A DNA stretch of 64,000 nucleotides from Planctomycetota bacterium (GTDB taxonomy: Bacteria > Planctomycetota > Phycisphaerae > UBA1845), in the NCBI GenBank assembly GCA_016860685.1, contig BOJX01000001.1:29776-93775 (forward strand). Direction: 5' to 3'. Positions within the stretch are counted from its first letter, which is position 1. Every line of letters begins with the position of its first letter. The notes below the pieces were generated by a model. The model ran no database searches, had not been told where the DNA came from, and saw nothing but the letters and a program-made list of their open reading frames with translations. The position numbers were made by a program, and so were the translations under genes. Of this stretch, positions 37,773 to 46,790 are shown piece by piece.

Positions 37773-37835
37773 ATAGGCAAAGGACTCGAAGATGAGCGAT
37801 CCGGGGCAAGCTGCCGCGGAGCAACGAAGCAGGCG

Positions 37836-38987
37836 TTACGACCGCTCCACGACCCGGTCGATGAGGAAGCTCGACTGCACCAGCGCCTCGTCCGTGAAGT
37901 CCCCGAAGAAGCGCCGCACCTCGGCGAACATCGCCTCAAAGGCCGGCTGGTCGCCGCGACGGAGAATCCCGGACAGTTCCTGCGCCGCGGCGATGAAGGC
38001 GCCGGTGACGTTGTCGCGGATCGGGTTGAGCATCTCGATCGGTCCGTAAAGTTGCGGCGACTGGGCGAAGTGCCGCGCGGCCACGTACAACTCCATCAGA
38101 TAGGCCGGCGAGGTAAAGCGCAGCGTCTCGCGCAGATCCACGCCCAGCCGCGACAGGGCGAGACCGAGCACCTGCGTCTGAAAGTGCGTCAGAACCTGCA
38201 CCAGGCCCATCGCGCGGTCATGCTCCTGCGGGTCGGCCTCCGTCAGCACCAGTCCGCGCGCAGAGAGCATCTTCGTCAGCCAGTCATGCCACGCCTCCCC
38301 GCGTCCGCGGCAGAGCACGACGCGCTGCCCCTGAAGCGAGTGAACACCGGGGCCGAACATCGGGTGTGTGCCGACCACCGAGGCGCCGGTGGACGCCGTC
38401 GCATCCATCATCGCCCGCAGCGGCGCCTCCTTGATCGACGTGACGTCCATGAGGAGCGCCTCGGCGCGGACGTGCGGACCGAGCCGGCGGATCACCTCCT
38501 CCGTCACCCCGATCGGCACGCTGATGACGACCACGTCCGCGCTGCGCACCGCCTCCTCGGGCGTCAGCGGCGTGTCCACGTCGGCGATGAGCACCGCGTG
38601 CCCCAAGTCGCCGAAAAGACGCCCCAGCAGCGACCCCATCCCTCCTTTTCCGCCGACCACGGCCACGCTCTTCGGTTCAATCTGCATCGGTAGCTCCGCG
38701 CGGAGGGCGGCCTGATGATCGCGGCTGGTCAGCAGCACGAGTCGGTAGATCGCCTCGATCTCCTCGCGCGGCAGCCCCAGCTTCTCCGCCCGTCCGCAAC
38801 GATCAGCGATGACCTCACGCTCGCGGGAGCGGTCGCGGATCGGAACCTGGTTCTCCCGCTTGTACGCGGCGATCTCCCCCACGATCGCCATCCGCCGCGC
38901 CATGAGTTGCAGCATGTCGCGGTCGATCGCGTCGATCATCGCCCGCAGCACGGGCAAAGGCCGGTTTGTTACCCGAGGTTCTTCCAT
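37836..38987 (-). CDS. tyrA: bifunctional chorismate mutase / prephenate dehydrogenase
   Basis: ATG 38987. The N-terminal CM type II region is LRAMIDAIDRDMLQLMARRMAIVGEIAAYK. It is followed by the Rossmann motif VAVVGGKGGMGSLLG and a prephenate dehydrogenase core. Confidence 0.85.
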   Translation of the reverse strand: MEEPRVTNRPLPVLRAMIDAIDRDMLQLMARRMAIVGEIAAYKRENQVPIRDRSREREVIADRCGRAEKLGLPREEIEAIYRLVLLTSRDHQAALRAELPMQIEPKSVAVVGGKGGMGSLLGRLFGDLGHAVLIADVDTPLTPEEAVRSADVVVISVPIGVTEEVIRRLGPHVRAEALLMDVTSIKEAPLRAMMDATASTGASVVGTHPMFGPGVHSLQGQRVVLCRGRGEAWHDWLTKMLSARGLVLTEADPQEHDRAMGLVQVLTHFQTQVLGLALSRLGVDLRETLRFTSPAYLMELYVAARHFAQSPQLYGPIEMLNPIRDNVTGAFIAAAQELSGILRRGDQPAFEAMFAEVRRFFGDFTDEALVQSSFLIDRVVERS

Positions 38988-39527
38988 CTTAAAACTCGAA
39001 GGCCGCAATCGTGGCGCCCACGACGGAGATCGGATCATCCCTTATTCCGGCCTCGTCGTCACGCGCGATCCCGCACTCCGGAGCTGTGTCAGCGGCGTGT
39101 TACGTGCGGCGGGGAGATTGAAGCGTGCCGCTTGCGGCGTGAATCGGGCGAGGCGGAGATACCGTCCCGGGTTTGTCGGCAGGCTGAGTTACAGGGCGAT
39201 CTCGGCGGCGACCGTGCCCACCCTGCCGAAGCCGGATGGACACAGTCGTCCGCTTGGAGAAGAGGAGGCTCAAGGGATTCCCGCCGCGCGGGATCGCGCC
39301 GGTGCGATTCCCCCCTTCCACATCGGCGCGTCCGTCCGCCTCGACGCAGGCGGGGATCCCATCAAGATCGTCATCTTGCCGGATCCGGTCGCGGCGGTCC
39401 CTCGCCGCCGTGCCTCGGTCCGGTTTGTTGTTTTTCTAGTCGCTCCGGTCAGTCGCCCCGACGCTCGCCCCCCCCGGTCGTTATCACGCCTGAGCAGGGC
39501 GAAGGGTTCTAGGAACCGCAGTCCGCG

Positions 39528-39536
39528 TGGTATAAT
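39528..39536 (+). promoter_or_regulatory. extended -10 promoter element TGgTATAAT upstream of the ECF sigma gene
   Basis: Exact TGnTATAAT at 39528-39536, 21 nt upstream of ATG 39558, in an otherwise GC-rich region. Confidence 0.5.
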
Positions 39537-39557
39537 TGGACGAATACCTGATTTATC

Positions 39558-40142
39558 ATGTTGACGACCCGATCCACCCTGATTGAGCGCGTGCGCCGCC
39601 TCGACGACGTCGGCGGCTGGGCGGAATTCGACCGTCTTTACCGCCCCCTGCTGACACAGTACGCCCGGCAGCGCGGTCTGAGCGTTCCCGATGCCGAGGA
39701 CGTGGCACAGGAATCGCTCGAGGTCGTTCTGCGGCGCATCCAGGATTTCAAGAAGCGGAAGAGCTTTCGCGGCTGGCTGCGGCGGATTGTCGAGAACAAG
39801 GTCATGCACCAGATGGCCCGGCAGCGACGAGCCGCCCACGGCGGGAGCGACGCCGCGATCGACCTGGCGTGTTCGAACGACGGCACGCCGGCCGAGATCT
39901 GGGAGCGCCACTGGAACCAGACCCACCTGCTTTATTGCCTGTCCACGCTGCGCGAGGAGTTCGCCGAGCACACGCTGCGGTCGTTTGAGATGTATGTGCT
40001 TCAGCAGCGACCGGTGGACGAAATCTGCCGGACCCTGGGCATGACCCGCAACCACGTTTACGTCGCCAAGAACCGCATCATGCGCCGCCTGCGCGAGCGC
40101 TTCGAGGCGCTGATGTCCTCCCTTTACGGAGGCGAGGCGTGA
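39558..40142 (+). CDS. ECF-type RNA polymerase sigma factor
   Basis: Region 2 (DAEDVAQESLEVVLRRIQDF...FRGWLRRIV) and region 4 (ICRTLGMTRNHVYVAKNRIMRRLRE). 194 aa. Confidence 0.85.
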   Translation: MLTTRSTLIERVRRLDDVGGWAEFDRLYRPLLTQYARQRGLSVPDAEDVAQESLEVVLRRIQDFKKRKSFRGWLRRIVENKVMHQMARQRRAAHGGSDAAIDLACSNDGTPAEIWERHWNQTHLLYCLSTLREEFAEHTLRSFEMYVLQQRPVDEICRTLGMTRNHVYVAKNRIMRRLRERFEALMSSLYGGEA

Positions 40143-41470
40143 CCGTCTGCCCATCGCGCTCCCGGTTGCTGTCCTTCGAGCGTGGCGACCTCAGTGATCA
40201 CGAGGCCGCTCCGATCGAGGCTCACCTCCAGCATTGCGATCCCTGTCGCACGTGCGTGGACCAGCTCCGCGGGACGGACGCGGACGCGGCGTTCCTTCGT
40301 GAGGCGCTGCGCGATGCGCCCACCGGGTGGTCCGCGAGGACGGGCGCCCCGGCGGCGGAGCCTGGCGACCTTGTCGTGTCACCCGGAACGAAGGACCGAT
40401 CCGCCACAGCATCCGGGTCGATCGAGGCGGAGTGGCCGATCCCGGATTACGCCCGCGTGCAACTGTGCGGCGAAGGCGCTTACGGTAGCGTCTGGGCGGT
40501 GCGCGACCGCGTCGGCGTCTTCCGGGCGCTGAAGATTCTCGACATGGCGCGGATGAGTCGGGCGAAACTCAGTTGCCGCGAGAGCACGGCGCTGGAGACG
40601 TACTGCCGTAGGGTCGGACGCCACCCGTATCTGATCGGCGTCTATCACGTCGGCGTGGTCGGCGACCGACTGTATTACACGATGGATCTTGCGGATAACG
40701 ACGTCGATAAGGCGCCGGTCGGCGCGGCGTTCTCGACGCCTTACCGCCCGCTGACGCTCCACTCCGTCATCCGCCGCCGACGCATCACCCCCGGAACCGC
40801 GATCGAGATCGCTCGGCGCCTCCTCCGCGGTCTGGCGAAGCTGCACGGACTGGACCTGGTCCACCGCGACATCAAGCCGTCGAACATCGTCTTCGTGGAC
40901 CGGCGTCCGAAGCTGGCGGACATCGGCATGGTCACGCCGCGCGAGCACTCGAACGTCGTCGCCGGAACGCCGCGCTACATGCCGCCCGACCGCGTCATCG
41001 ACAAGACCGCCGACACATACGCCCTCGGCAAAGTCCTCCACGAAATGATCGCCGGTCCGGACGCCCGATCCTTCCCCGATCTGCCGCTCGATGAACTCGA
41101 CCCCAGCCTCAAGTGGGATCTGGAACGCGTCGCGGAGGTCATCCGCCGGGCCTGCGCCCCCGCCGCCGCGGATCGCTACGCCTCGGCCGCCGAGATGCTC
41201 GACGATCTCGAAGCCTGCGGCGATTTCCCCTTCGGCGCGCTCTTCGACGAGTCCGCCGATCCCGCCGTCTCCGAAATGTCGCCGAGCAAGGGCCCGGCGT
41301 CGTCCACCAACGGAACGTCGGCAGGTCGATCTCCCTCCGCCGGTGCAAGGTCGCGCCTCGCCGGCCCGCGGACCGCCCGCCTGCTGCATGTCGCGCTCCG
41401 CGCCGTCCCCTGGATCACCGCCGTCGCAGCGCTGAAGCTCATCCTGGACGCGCTTCGCAACGACGGTTGA
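40139..41470 (+). CDS. Ser/Thr protein kinase with N-terminal zinc anti-sigma-like (HxxxCxxC) motif
   Basis: GTG start overlaps the sigma-factor stop (GTGA). HLQHCDPC near the N-terminus. Kinase catalytic loop HRDIKPSNIVF, plus DIGMV and a C-terminal hydrophobic segment. Confidence 0.85.
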   Translation: MTVCPSRSRLLSFERGDLSDHEAAPIEAHLQHCDPCRTCVDQLRGTDADAAFLREALRDAPTGWSARTGAPAAEPGDLVVSPGTKDRSATASGSIEAEWPIPDYARVQLCGEGAYGSVWAVRDRVGVFRALKILDMARMSRAKLSCRESTALETYCRRVGRHPYLIGVYHVGVVGDRLYYTMDLADNDVDKAPVGAAFSTPYRPLTLHSVIRRRRITPGTAIEIARRLLRGLAKLHGLDLVHRDIKPSNIVFVDRRPKLADIGMVTPREHSNVVAGTPRYMPPDRVIDKTADTYALGKVLHEMIAGPDARSFPDLPLDELDPSLKWDLERVAEVIRRACAPAAADRYASAAEMLDDLEACGDFPFGALFDESADPAVSEMSPSKGPASSTNGTSAGRSPSAGARSRLAGPRTARLLHVALRAVPWITAVAALKLILDALRNDG

Positions 41471-41751
41471 GGCTGTGCTCGATGGCATCGACCGTCCCGC
41501 CGCAGTGTCTCCACACCCGGACGGATGGACGATCGGATGCGGCGAGATCAGGCGTTGAACACGCTCCAGTCCCTCGACGAGTCCGCGCGGACTGAAGTCC
41601 GCGGTTCGCCGGACGGACGGCCAGGGGGCCTTTGTGCAGCAATGACCTTGGGATCGGATCGCGAAGCTCTGCACGGCGCGAGCGGACCGGAGGTCCGCGA
41701 TCCGGATTCGAGGGGCGAGGGGCGAACCTGCAACGTGGGAGAGGGACCGTG

Positions 41752-42822
41752 CTAATGTCCGAACCTGAAGGCGATGCAGCGCGGGCCCGTGCCGACCTTC
41801 GCCTTGGCGCCGAGGATGAGCTTCCCGTCGGCGCCGATCTCGACGCGCTGAACCGTGTGATCGCCGGTGGAAATCAGCAACGCCGACCGGCCTGGCGTCG
41901 GCGGACCGACCGGACTGACGACGCGCTCGACCCACGCAGGCCGGATCAGCGACGCCACGCGGTCCCGCGGTTTCCCGGTCGCCACGTCGACGACGTCCAC
42001 GAGCGACCGCTCCTCCGACGCGGCGACGACCAGCCCCCCGTCAAGGACCGTCAGGCTGGAATACGCCGCCTCGACGGGCGACGCTTTCTCCGGCGGCGGC
42101 GGCAGCGGAATCAGCCGGGTGATCCTGGCCCATCCCGCGTCGAGATCGAGGATCCCGTCCACCCAGGGCGAGGTCAGGTAGACCCGCGATTCATCCGGGG
42201 CGCAGGCGACGGCGATCGGACAGACGTTCAGCGGAATCCGCCGCAGGAGCTTCTGCGCCACGGGATCGACCACGGCGATGCCGGGGGAAGGACGGGTGGT
42301 CACGTAGACGCTCGCCTTCGACGGCCCGCAACGCACAAATCCCGCCGCGCCCACCTCCCTGATCCGGAACGCCTCCTTCCGCGTCTCGACGGCGATGCCG
42401 ATCAGATCGCCGCTGGGAGGGTGCGCGATCAGCACGTGCTTCTCATCCGGCGTCAGCACGACGCCGCACTGCGCCATCCCGTCCACGGAAACCGCGCCCA
42501 TCAATTCAAACGAGGTGGAATTGAAGAACTTGAGCTTGTTCTCGCCCTCGACGCCGACCACGATCGTTCCGGTCTCAGCGGACACGACAATCCCGTAAGG
42601 CCGCTTCCCCACCGAAAACCGCCGTGTTTCCTGCATGTCTTGCGGATTCACGACCGACACGGACCCGTCCAGAGTGTTGACGACGTAGGCGTCGAGGACG
42701 TGCCTCGCCTGAACCGCGCGCCCAACGCAAAACAACGCCGCAACGGAAAACCACGCATGCATGAGACGGGTATACCGACGCACAGACCGTCTTCGTAACC
42801 AGGGTTGCACGTACTGATTCAT
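41752..42822 (-). CDS. secreted YVTN/YncE-like beta-propeller repeat protein
   Basis: The start must lie below the trpS stop (42975). ATG 42822 gives MNQYVQPWLRRRSVRRYTRLMHAWFSVAALFCVGRAVQA. Repeated segments resemble VNTLDGSVSVVN...PYGIVVS. Confidence 0.65.
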   Translation of the reverse strand: MNQYVQPWLRRRSVRRYTRLMHAWFSVAALFCVGRAVQARHVLDAYVVNTLDGSVSVVNPQDMQETRRFSVGKRPYGIVVSAETGTIVVGVEGENKLKFFNSTSFELMGAVSVDGMAQCGVVLTPDEKHVLIAHPPSGDLIGIAVETRKEAFRIREVGAAGFVRCGPSKASVYVTTRPSPGIAVVDPVAQKLLRRIPLNVCPIAVACAPDESRVYLTSPWVDGILDLDAGWARITRLIPLPPPPEKASPVEAAYSSLTVLDGGLVVAASEERSLVDVVDVATGKPRDRVASLIRPAWVERVVSPVGPPTPGRSALLISTGDHTVQRVEIGADGKLILGAKAKVGTGPRCIAFRFGH

Positions 42823-42974
42823 GCTCGTCATAAAGGGTCCGTCCGCCTGCTCCCTGGCGTTTACCCCGCGGCAAATGTCTGCCGCACGAGGCCGGGAACA
42901 CCACATGAGGTCTCCACGCACCCTTCGTTCCGTAACTTTTTGTGAAGCGACGGGAATCAGCCCCTGCGCCTGCA

Positions 42975-43952
42975 TCACGAGCGCCTCGCCGTCACGATGC
43001 CGCAGGCGTCGCGCACGTCCGACATCACCGCCGCCGCGACCTCCCGTGCCTTGCGTCCACCGGTCGTCAACACGTCCTCGACGTAATCCGCATCCGCCGC
43101 AAGCGCCGCGCGCCGCTCTCGCGCAGGGGCGAGCAACCGCTCGACCGCCTCCGCCAGATGCCCCTTCGCCTCGCCGTAGCCCATCCCGCCGGCGCGATAC
43201 CGCTCGGCCAGCGCGTCCCGCTCCGCCGGCGCGGCGATCAGGCGGTACAGCGAGAACACGTTGCACGTCTGCGGATCCTTCGGCGCCTCGACCGGCGTGC
43301 TGTCCGTCTTGATGCTCATGATCAGCTTGCGCACCGCCTTGGGCGGGTCGAAGAGCGGGATCGTGTTGTTGTAGCTCTTCGACATCTTCTGCCCGTCCAG
43401 GCCCGGAACCACCGGCGCTTCGTTCAGCTTCGGCTCCGGACGCTTCAGCACGGGCCGGCCGAAGGTGTTGTTGAAGTACTCGGCCATGTCCTGCGTCATC
43501 TCGATGTGCTGGACTTGATCCTTGCCCACCGGCACGAGGTCGCTTCGGTAAATGAGGATGTCCGCCGCCATCAACACCGGGTAGCAGAACAGACCCATCG
43601 ACGGCTGGATTCCCTTGGCGGTCTTATCCTTGTACGAGTGCGCCCGCTCCAGCAGCCCCTTGCCCGTCACCGTCGAAAGAATCCACGCCAGCTCCGTCAC
43701 CTCGGGCACGTCCGACTGGCGGAAGAGACACGCCCGGGCGGGGTCCAGACCAAGCGCCAGGTAATCCAGCGCCACGTCGCGGGTCAGCTCCCGCAGTCGC
43801 GCGGCGTCCTGGATCGTGGTCAGCGAGTGATAGTTCGCGATGAAGAAGAAGCACTCGTGGACCTGCTGGTCCTCCAGGTGCTGTTTGATCGCGCCTAAGT
43901 AGTTGCCCAGGTGCAACTTGCCGCTGGGCTGGGTGCCGGAAAGTACGCGCAT
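42975..43952 (-). CDS. trpS: tryptophan--tRNA ligase
   Basis: SGTQPSGKLHLGNYLGA (HIGH-like) and KMSKS. 325 aa. Confidence 0.93.
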   Translation of the reverse strand: MRVLSGTQPSGKLHLGNYLGAIKQHLEDQQVHECFFFIANYHSLTTIQDAARLRELTRDVALDYLALGLDPARACLFRQSDVPEVTELAWILSTVTGKGLLERAHSYKDKTAKGIQPSMGLFCYPVLMAADILIYRSDLVPVGKDQVQHIEMTQDMAEYFNNTFGRPVLKRPEPKLNEAPVVPGLDGQKMSKSYNNTIPLFDPPKAVRKLIMSIKTDSTPVEAPKDPQTCNVFSLYRLIAAPAERDALAERYRAGGMGYGEAKGHLAEAVERLLAPARERRAALAADADYVEDVLTTGGRKAREVAAAVMSDVRDACGIVTARRS

Positions 43953-44216
43953 GACGGTGATGGACTCCTTACGACGTTGAGCGCGGCAGCGTCCCGAGGC
44001 GAAGCGGATCTGTCAAGCGCGAGCGCAAACGCGCCGCAAAAAAACAACGAGGCAACACGGCGCCAAGGCACCAAAGTACAGAGTCGCCGCGGAGCCGTGA
44101 ACGACCCGATTCACGCGGCACGCTTCACGCCCTACCCGCACGATCCCCGATTCCCGATGCACGATGCACGACGTGCGATGCCCCCTCCCCGAATCTCCGC
44201 TTCCCGGCGAGCACGG

Positions 44217-44246
44217 TTTACCTCGCCTCGCCCCGTGCGGTATATT
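44217..44246 (+). promoter_or_regulatory. candidate promoter TTTACC-N18-TATATT for pheS
   Basis: Hexamers at 44217-44222 and 44241-44246. Its position argues for a pheS start downstream of it. Confidence 0.35.
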
Positions 44247-44289
44247 CCGCGCCAAGGTCAAACATCGTGGTCCCAGCAGGCAGGAACCC

Positions 44290-45357
44290 TTGAATACGAA
44301 TTCGCATCATGAGGAGCTTCAACGCCTCGAACAGGAAGCCTCGTCACGCGCAGGCGCGGTCCAGTCCGCGGAGGAATTGCGGCGCGTCGAGTCGTCGTTG
44401 CTGGGGAAGGACAGTCCCTTCGGCGGACTGCTGAAGCACCTCAAGTCGCTCCCCCCCGAGCAGCGCGGCGCCTTCGGACAGGCCGTCAACGGCGCCAAGG
44501 CCCGGATCAAGGCGCTGCTGGAGGAGCGGCTCGCCGCCCTCGAATCCGCCGCCGCCCGCACCGAGGACGACGCGGCGCGGGCCTTCGACCCCACCCTCCC
44601 GGGGGCGCAGCGCCCGCTGGGCAGCGTTCACCCGGTCACCGCCGTGCAGTGGGAGATCGAGCGCATCTTCGTGCGCCTCGGGTTCACGATCGAGGCCGGT
44701 CCGGAGATGGAGTCGGAACATTACAACTTCGAAGCGCTGAACATCCCCGCGGATCACCCGGCGCGCGACATGCAGGACACCTTCTGGCTGAAAAACGGGA
44801 AGGTGCTGCGCACGCACACGTCGCCGGTGCAGGTGCGGGCGATGCACAAGTTCGGAGCGCCGCTGCGGACGCTCGTGCCGGGACGCTGCTTCCGCTACGA
44901 GACGATCGACGCCTCCCACGAGAATACGTTTCACCAGGTCGAAGGCCTGATGATCGACCGCGACATCAGCATCGCCAACCTCATCGCGCTGGCGAAGCTG
45001 CTCCTGTCGGAAGTCATGCACCGCGAGGTCGAGTTGCGCATCCGCCCGGGGTACTTCCCCTTCGTCGAGCCGGGCATCGAGATCGACATGAACTGCCAGA
45101 TCTGCGGCGGAAAGGGCTGCCCGACCTGCAAGCACTCGGGGTGGGTGGAGATCCTGCCTTGCGGGATGGTGCATCCGAACGTGCTTCGCGCCGGGCGGAT
45201 CGACCCGGAGGCGTGGACGGGTTTCGCGTTCGGACTGGGGCTGACGCGCCTGGCGATGATGAAGTACGGCATCCGCGACATCCGCGTTCTCAACGCCGGT
45301 GACCTGCGCCCCCTGGTCGGCGCAAGACGCCTGACCGGTCCGATCATCAAAGGCTGA
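44290..45357 (+). CDS. pheS: phenylalanine--tRNA ligase alpha subunit
   Basis: Motifs HPVTAVQWEIERIF, NIPADHPARDMQDTFW, FRYETIDASHENTFHQVEG and FGLGLTRLAMM. The start is uncertain; the in-frame TTG at 44290 is preferred over the track start 44164. Confidence 0.88.
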   Translation: MNTNSHHEELQRLEQEASSRAGAVQSAEELRRVESSLLGKDSPFGGLLKHLKSLPPEQRGAFGQAVNGAKARIKALLEERLAALESAAARTEDDAARAFDPTLPGAQRPLGSVHPVTAVQWEIERIFVRLGFTIEAGPEMESEHYNFEALNIPADHPARDMQDTFWLKNGKVLRTHTSPVQVRAMHKFGAPLRTLVPGRCFRYETIDASHENTFHQVEGLMIDRDISIANLIALAKLLLSEVMHREVELRIRPGYFPFVEPGIEIDMNCQICGGKGCPTCKHSGWVEILPCGMVHPNVLRAGRIDPEAWTGFAFGLGLTRLAMMKYGIRDIRVLNAGDLRPLVGARRLTGPIIKG

Positions 45358-45369
45358 CCCTCGCCGAAG

Positions 45370-45403
45370 GCGATTCCCGAGCGGGAGCGATTCCCGAGCG
45401 GGA
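45370..45403. repeat. 2 exact tandem copies of a 17-bp unit directly after the pheS stop
   Basis: GCGATTCCCGAGCGGGA x2. Confidence 0.9.
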
Positions 45404-45477
45404 GCTCATCCTGCCCTGCCGCGCCCGCAGAGCCGCGACGTCGCGCCGCGATCTCAAGAGGCAGGTAGTGCGCTTCC

Positions 45478-45500
45478 CCCGCCCCCGGTCGGGATTTTTT
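45478..45500 (+). terminator. weak hairpin + T6 run downstream of pheS
   Basis: CCCG...CGGG (3-4 bp only) followed by TTTTTT at 45495-45500. Confidence 0.3.
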
Positions 45501-45554
45501 GCAACAGCGCCCGGAAATCCGGAAATCGACCGGGATTCTCGCGCCTGGCGCTGA

Positions 45555-46769
45555 TCATCGCCCGATCGGCATCACCCGCAGCGGCACGCTCCCATCCCCT
45601 CTCGGCAGCGGGTCCGGCGGTTTGATGTCCACGCTCGCGTTCTTCAGAGTGGCCTCGCCACGGGCGACTTTTTCGGCGAAATCGCGGCACTCGCGGATCA
45701 GCGCGTCGAGCATCGCATCGGTCGTCACGATCGCCTTCTGCTCGCCCTGCACGTAGATGATCCCCTTGCCGCGGCCCGCAAAGATCGCCACGTCCGCCCC
45801 TTCACACTCGCCCGGGCCGTTGACCACGCAGCCCATCACCGCCAGCTTCAGCGGCGGCAGCTTTTCCTCCGCAAGCTTGTGCCGCACATCCGTCACCAGC
45901 TTGTACAGGTCCACCTCGATCCGCCCGCACGCGGGGCACGCGATCAGCTCCGGCTCGGTGCGACTCCGCAGGCCGAGGCAGCAGAGCAGCTCCTTGCCGT
46001 CCTCCACTTCGTACACCGGGTCAGCCGCATAGGAGATGCGGATGGTATCGCCGATACCGTTGGCCAGGAGCGTGCCCAGGGCGGTGATGCTGCGGATGCG
46101 GCCGGTCTCCGGCGGACCGGCGTGGGTGACGCCCAGGTGCAGCGGAAAGTCGAAGCGCTGCGACAGCGCGGTGTAGGCGTCGATGACGATGCGCGGGTTG
46201 ATCGACTTGGCGGAGATCACGATGTCGTGGTAATCGGCCTCGTCGAAGATGCGCAGGTATTCCTCGGTTTTTTCGATCATGAGGCGGATGAGGCCGCCGG
46301 CGTAATCCTGCGTGAGGGTGGCCTTCTCCTCGGCGCGGGTGTCCTTGTCGCGGCGCTCGACGATGCCGCCCTCGTTGACGCCGACGCGGATCGGGATGCG
46401 CCGCTCCTTGCACGCGGCGATGACGCGGAGCACCTGCTTGCGGTCCTGAATGTTGCCGGGGTTGAGGCGGATTTTGTGTACGCCCGCTTCGATCGCTTCC
46501 AGCGCCCGCTGAAAATGAAAGTGGACATCCGCGACGATGGGAACGGGCGACGCGGGGAGAATGTGCTTGAGCGCCTCGGTGTCGGCTTTTTCCGGCACAG
46601 CCACGCGCACGATGTCCGCCCCCGCGCGGGCGAGCTTCTGAACCTCGGCGATGCAGGCGTCCACGTCATGCGTGTACCCGGCGGTCATGGTCTGGAGCAC
46701 GACGGGCGCCTCGCCGCCGAGCGGCACGGCGCCGACGAAGACTTGACGGGTTGGGCGACGGGGAGTCAT
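45555..46769 (-). CDS. ispG: 4-hydroxy-3-methylbut-2-en-1-yl diphosphate synthase
   Basis: MTPRRPTRQVFVGAVPLGGEAPVVLQTMT..., RLNPGNI, and the C-terminal CPACGR...GCVVNGPGE cluster ligands. Confidence 0.93.
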   Translation of the reverse strand: MTPRRPTRQVFVGAVPLGGEAPVVLQTMTAGYTHDVDACIAEVQKLARAGADIVRVAVPEKADTEALKHILPASPVPIVADVHFHFQRALEAIEAGVHKIRLNPGNIQDRKQVLRVIAACKERRIPIRVGVNEGGIVERRDKDTRAEEKATLTQDYAGGLIRLMIEKTEEYLRIFDEADYHDIVISAKSINPRIVIDAYTALSQRFDFPLHLGVTHAGPPETGRIRSITALGTLLANGIGDTIRISYAADPVYEVEDGKELLCCLGLRSRTEPELIACPACGRIEVDLYKLVTDVRHKLAEEKLPPLKLAVMGCVVNGPGECEGADVAIFAGRGKGIIYVQGEQKAIVTTDAMLDALIRECRDFAEKVARGEATLKNASVDIKPPDPLPRGDGSVPLRVMPIGR

Positions 46770-46790
46770 GCTTTAGCCTTTACCTTAACT

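Noticed and set aside
39270-39400. A cobalamin-riboswitch-like core (AAGGGA...GCCGGTGCGATTCC) upstream of the ECF sigma gene.
   Set aside because: The downstream conserved elements (CCCGCCACTG, B12 box) are absent, the spacing is wrong, and the downstream gene has no link to B12. The GGTGCGATTCC match is probably coincidental.
44164-44289. The track start for pheS at 44164 (MHDVRCPLPESPLPGEHGLPRLAP...).
   Set aside because: The 42 extra residues are non-homologous junk and lie upstream of or across the best promoter candidate (44217-44246). The conserved PheS N-terminal helix begins after the in-frame TTG at 44290.
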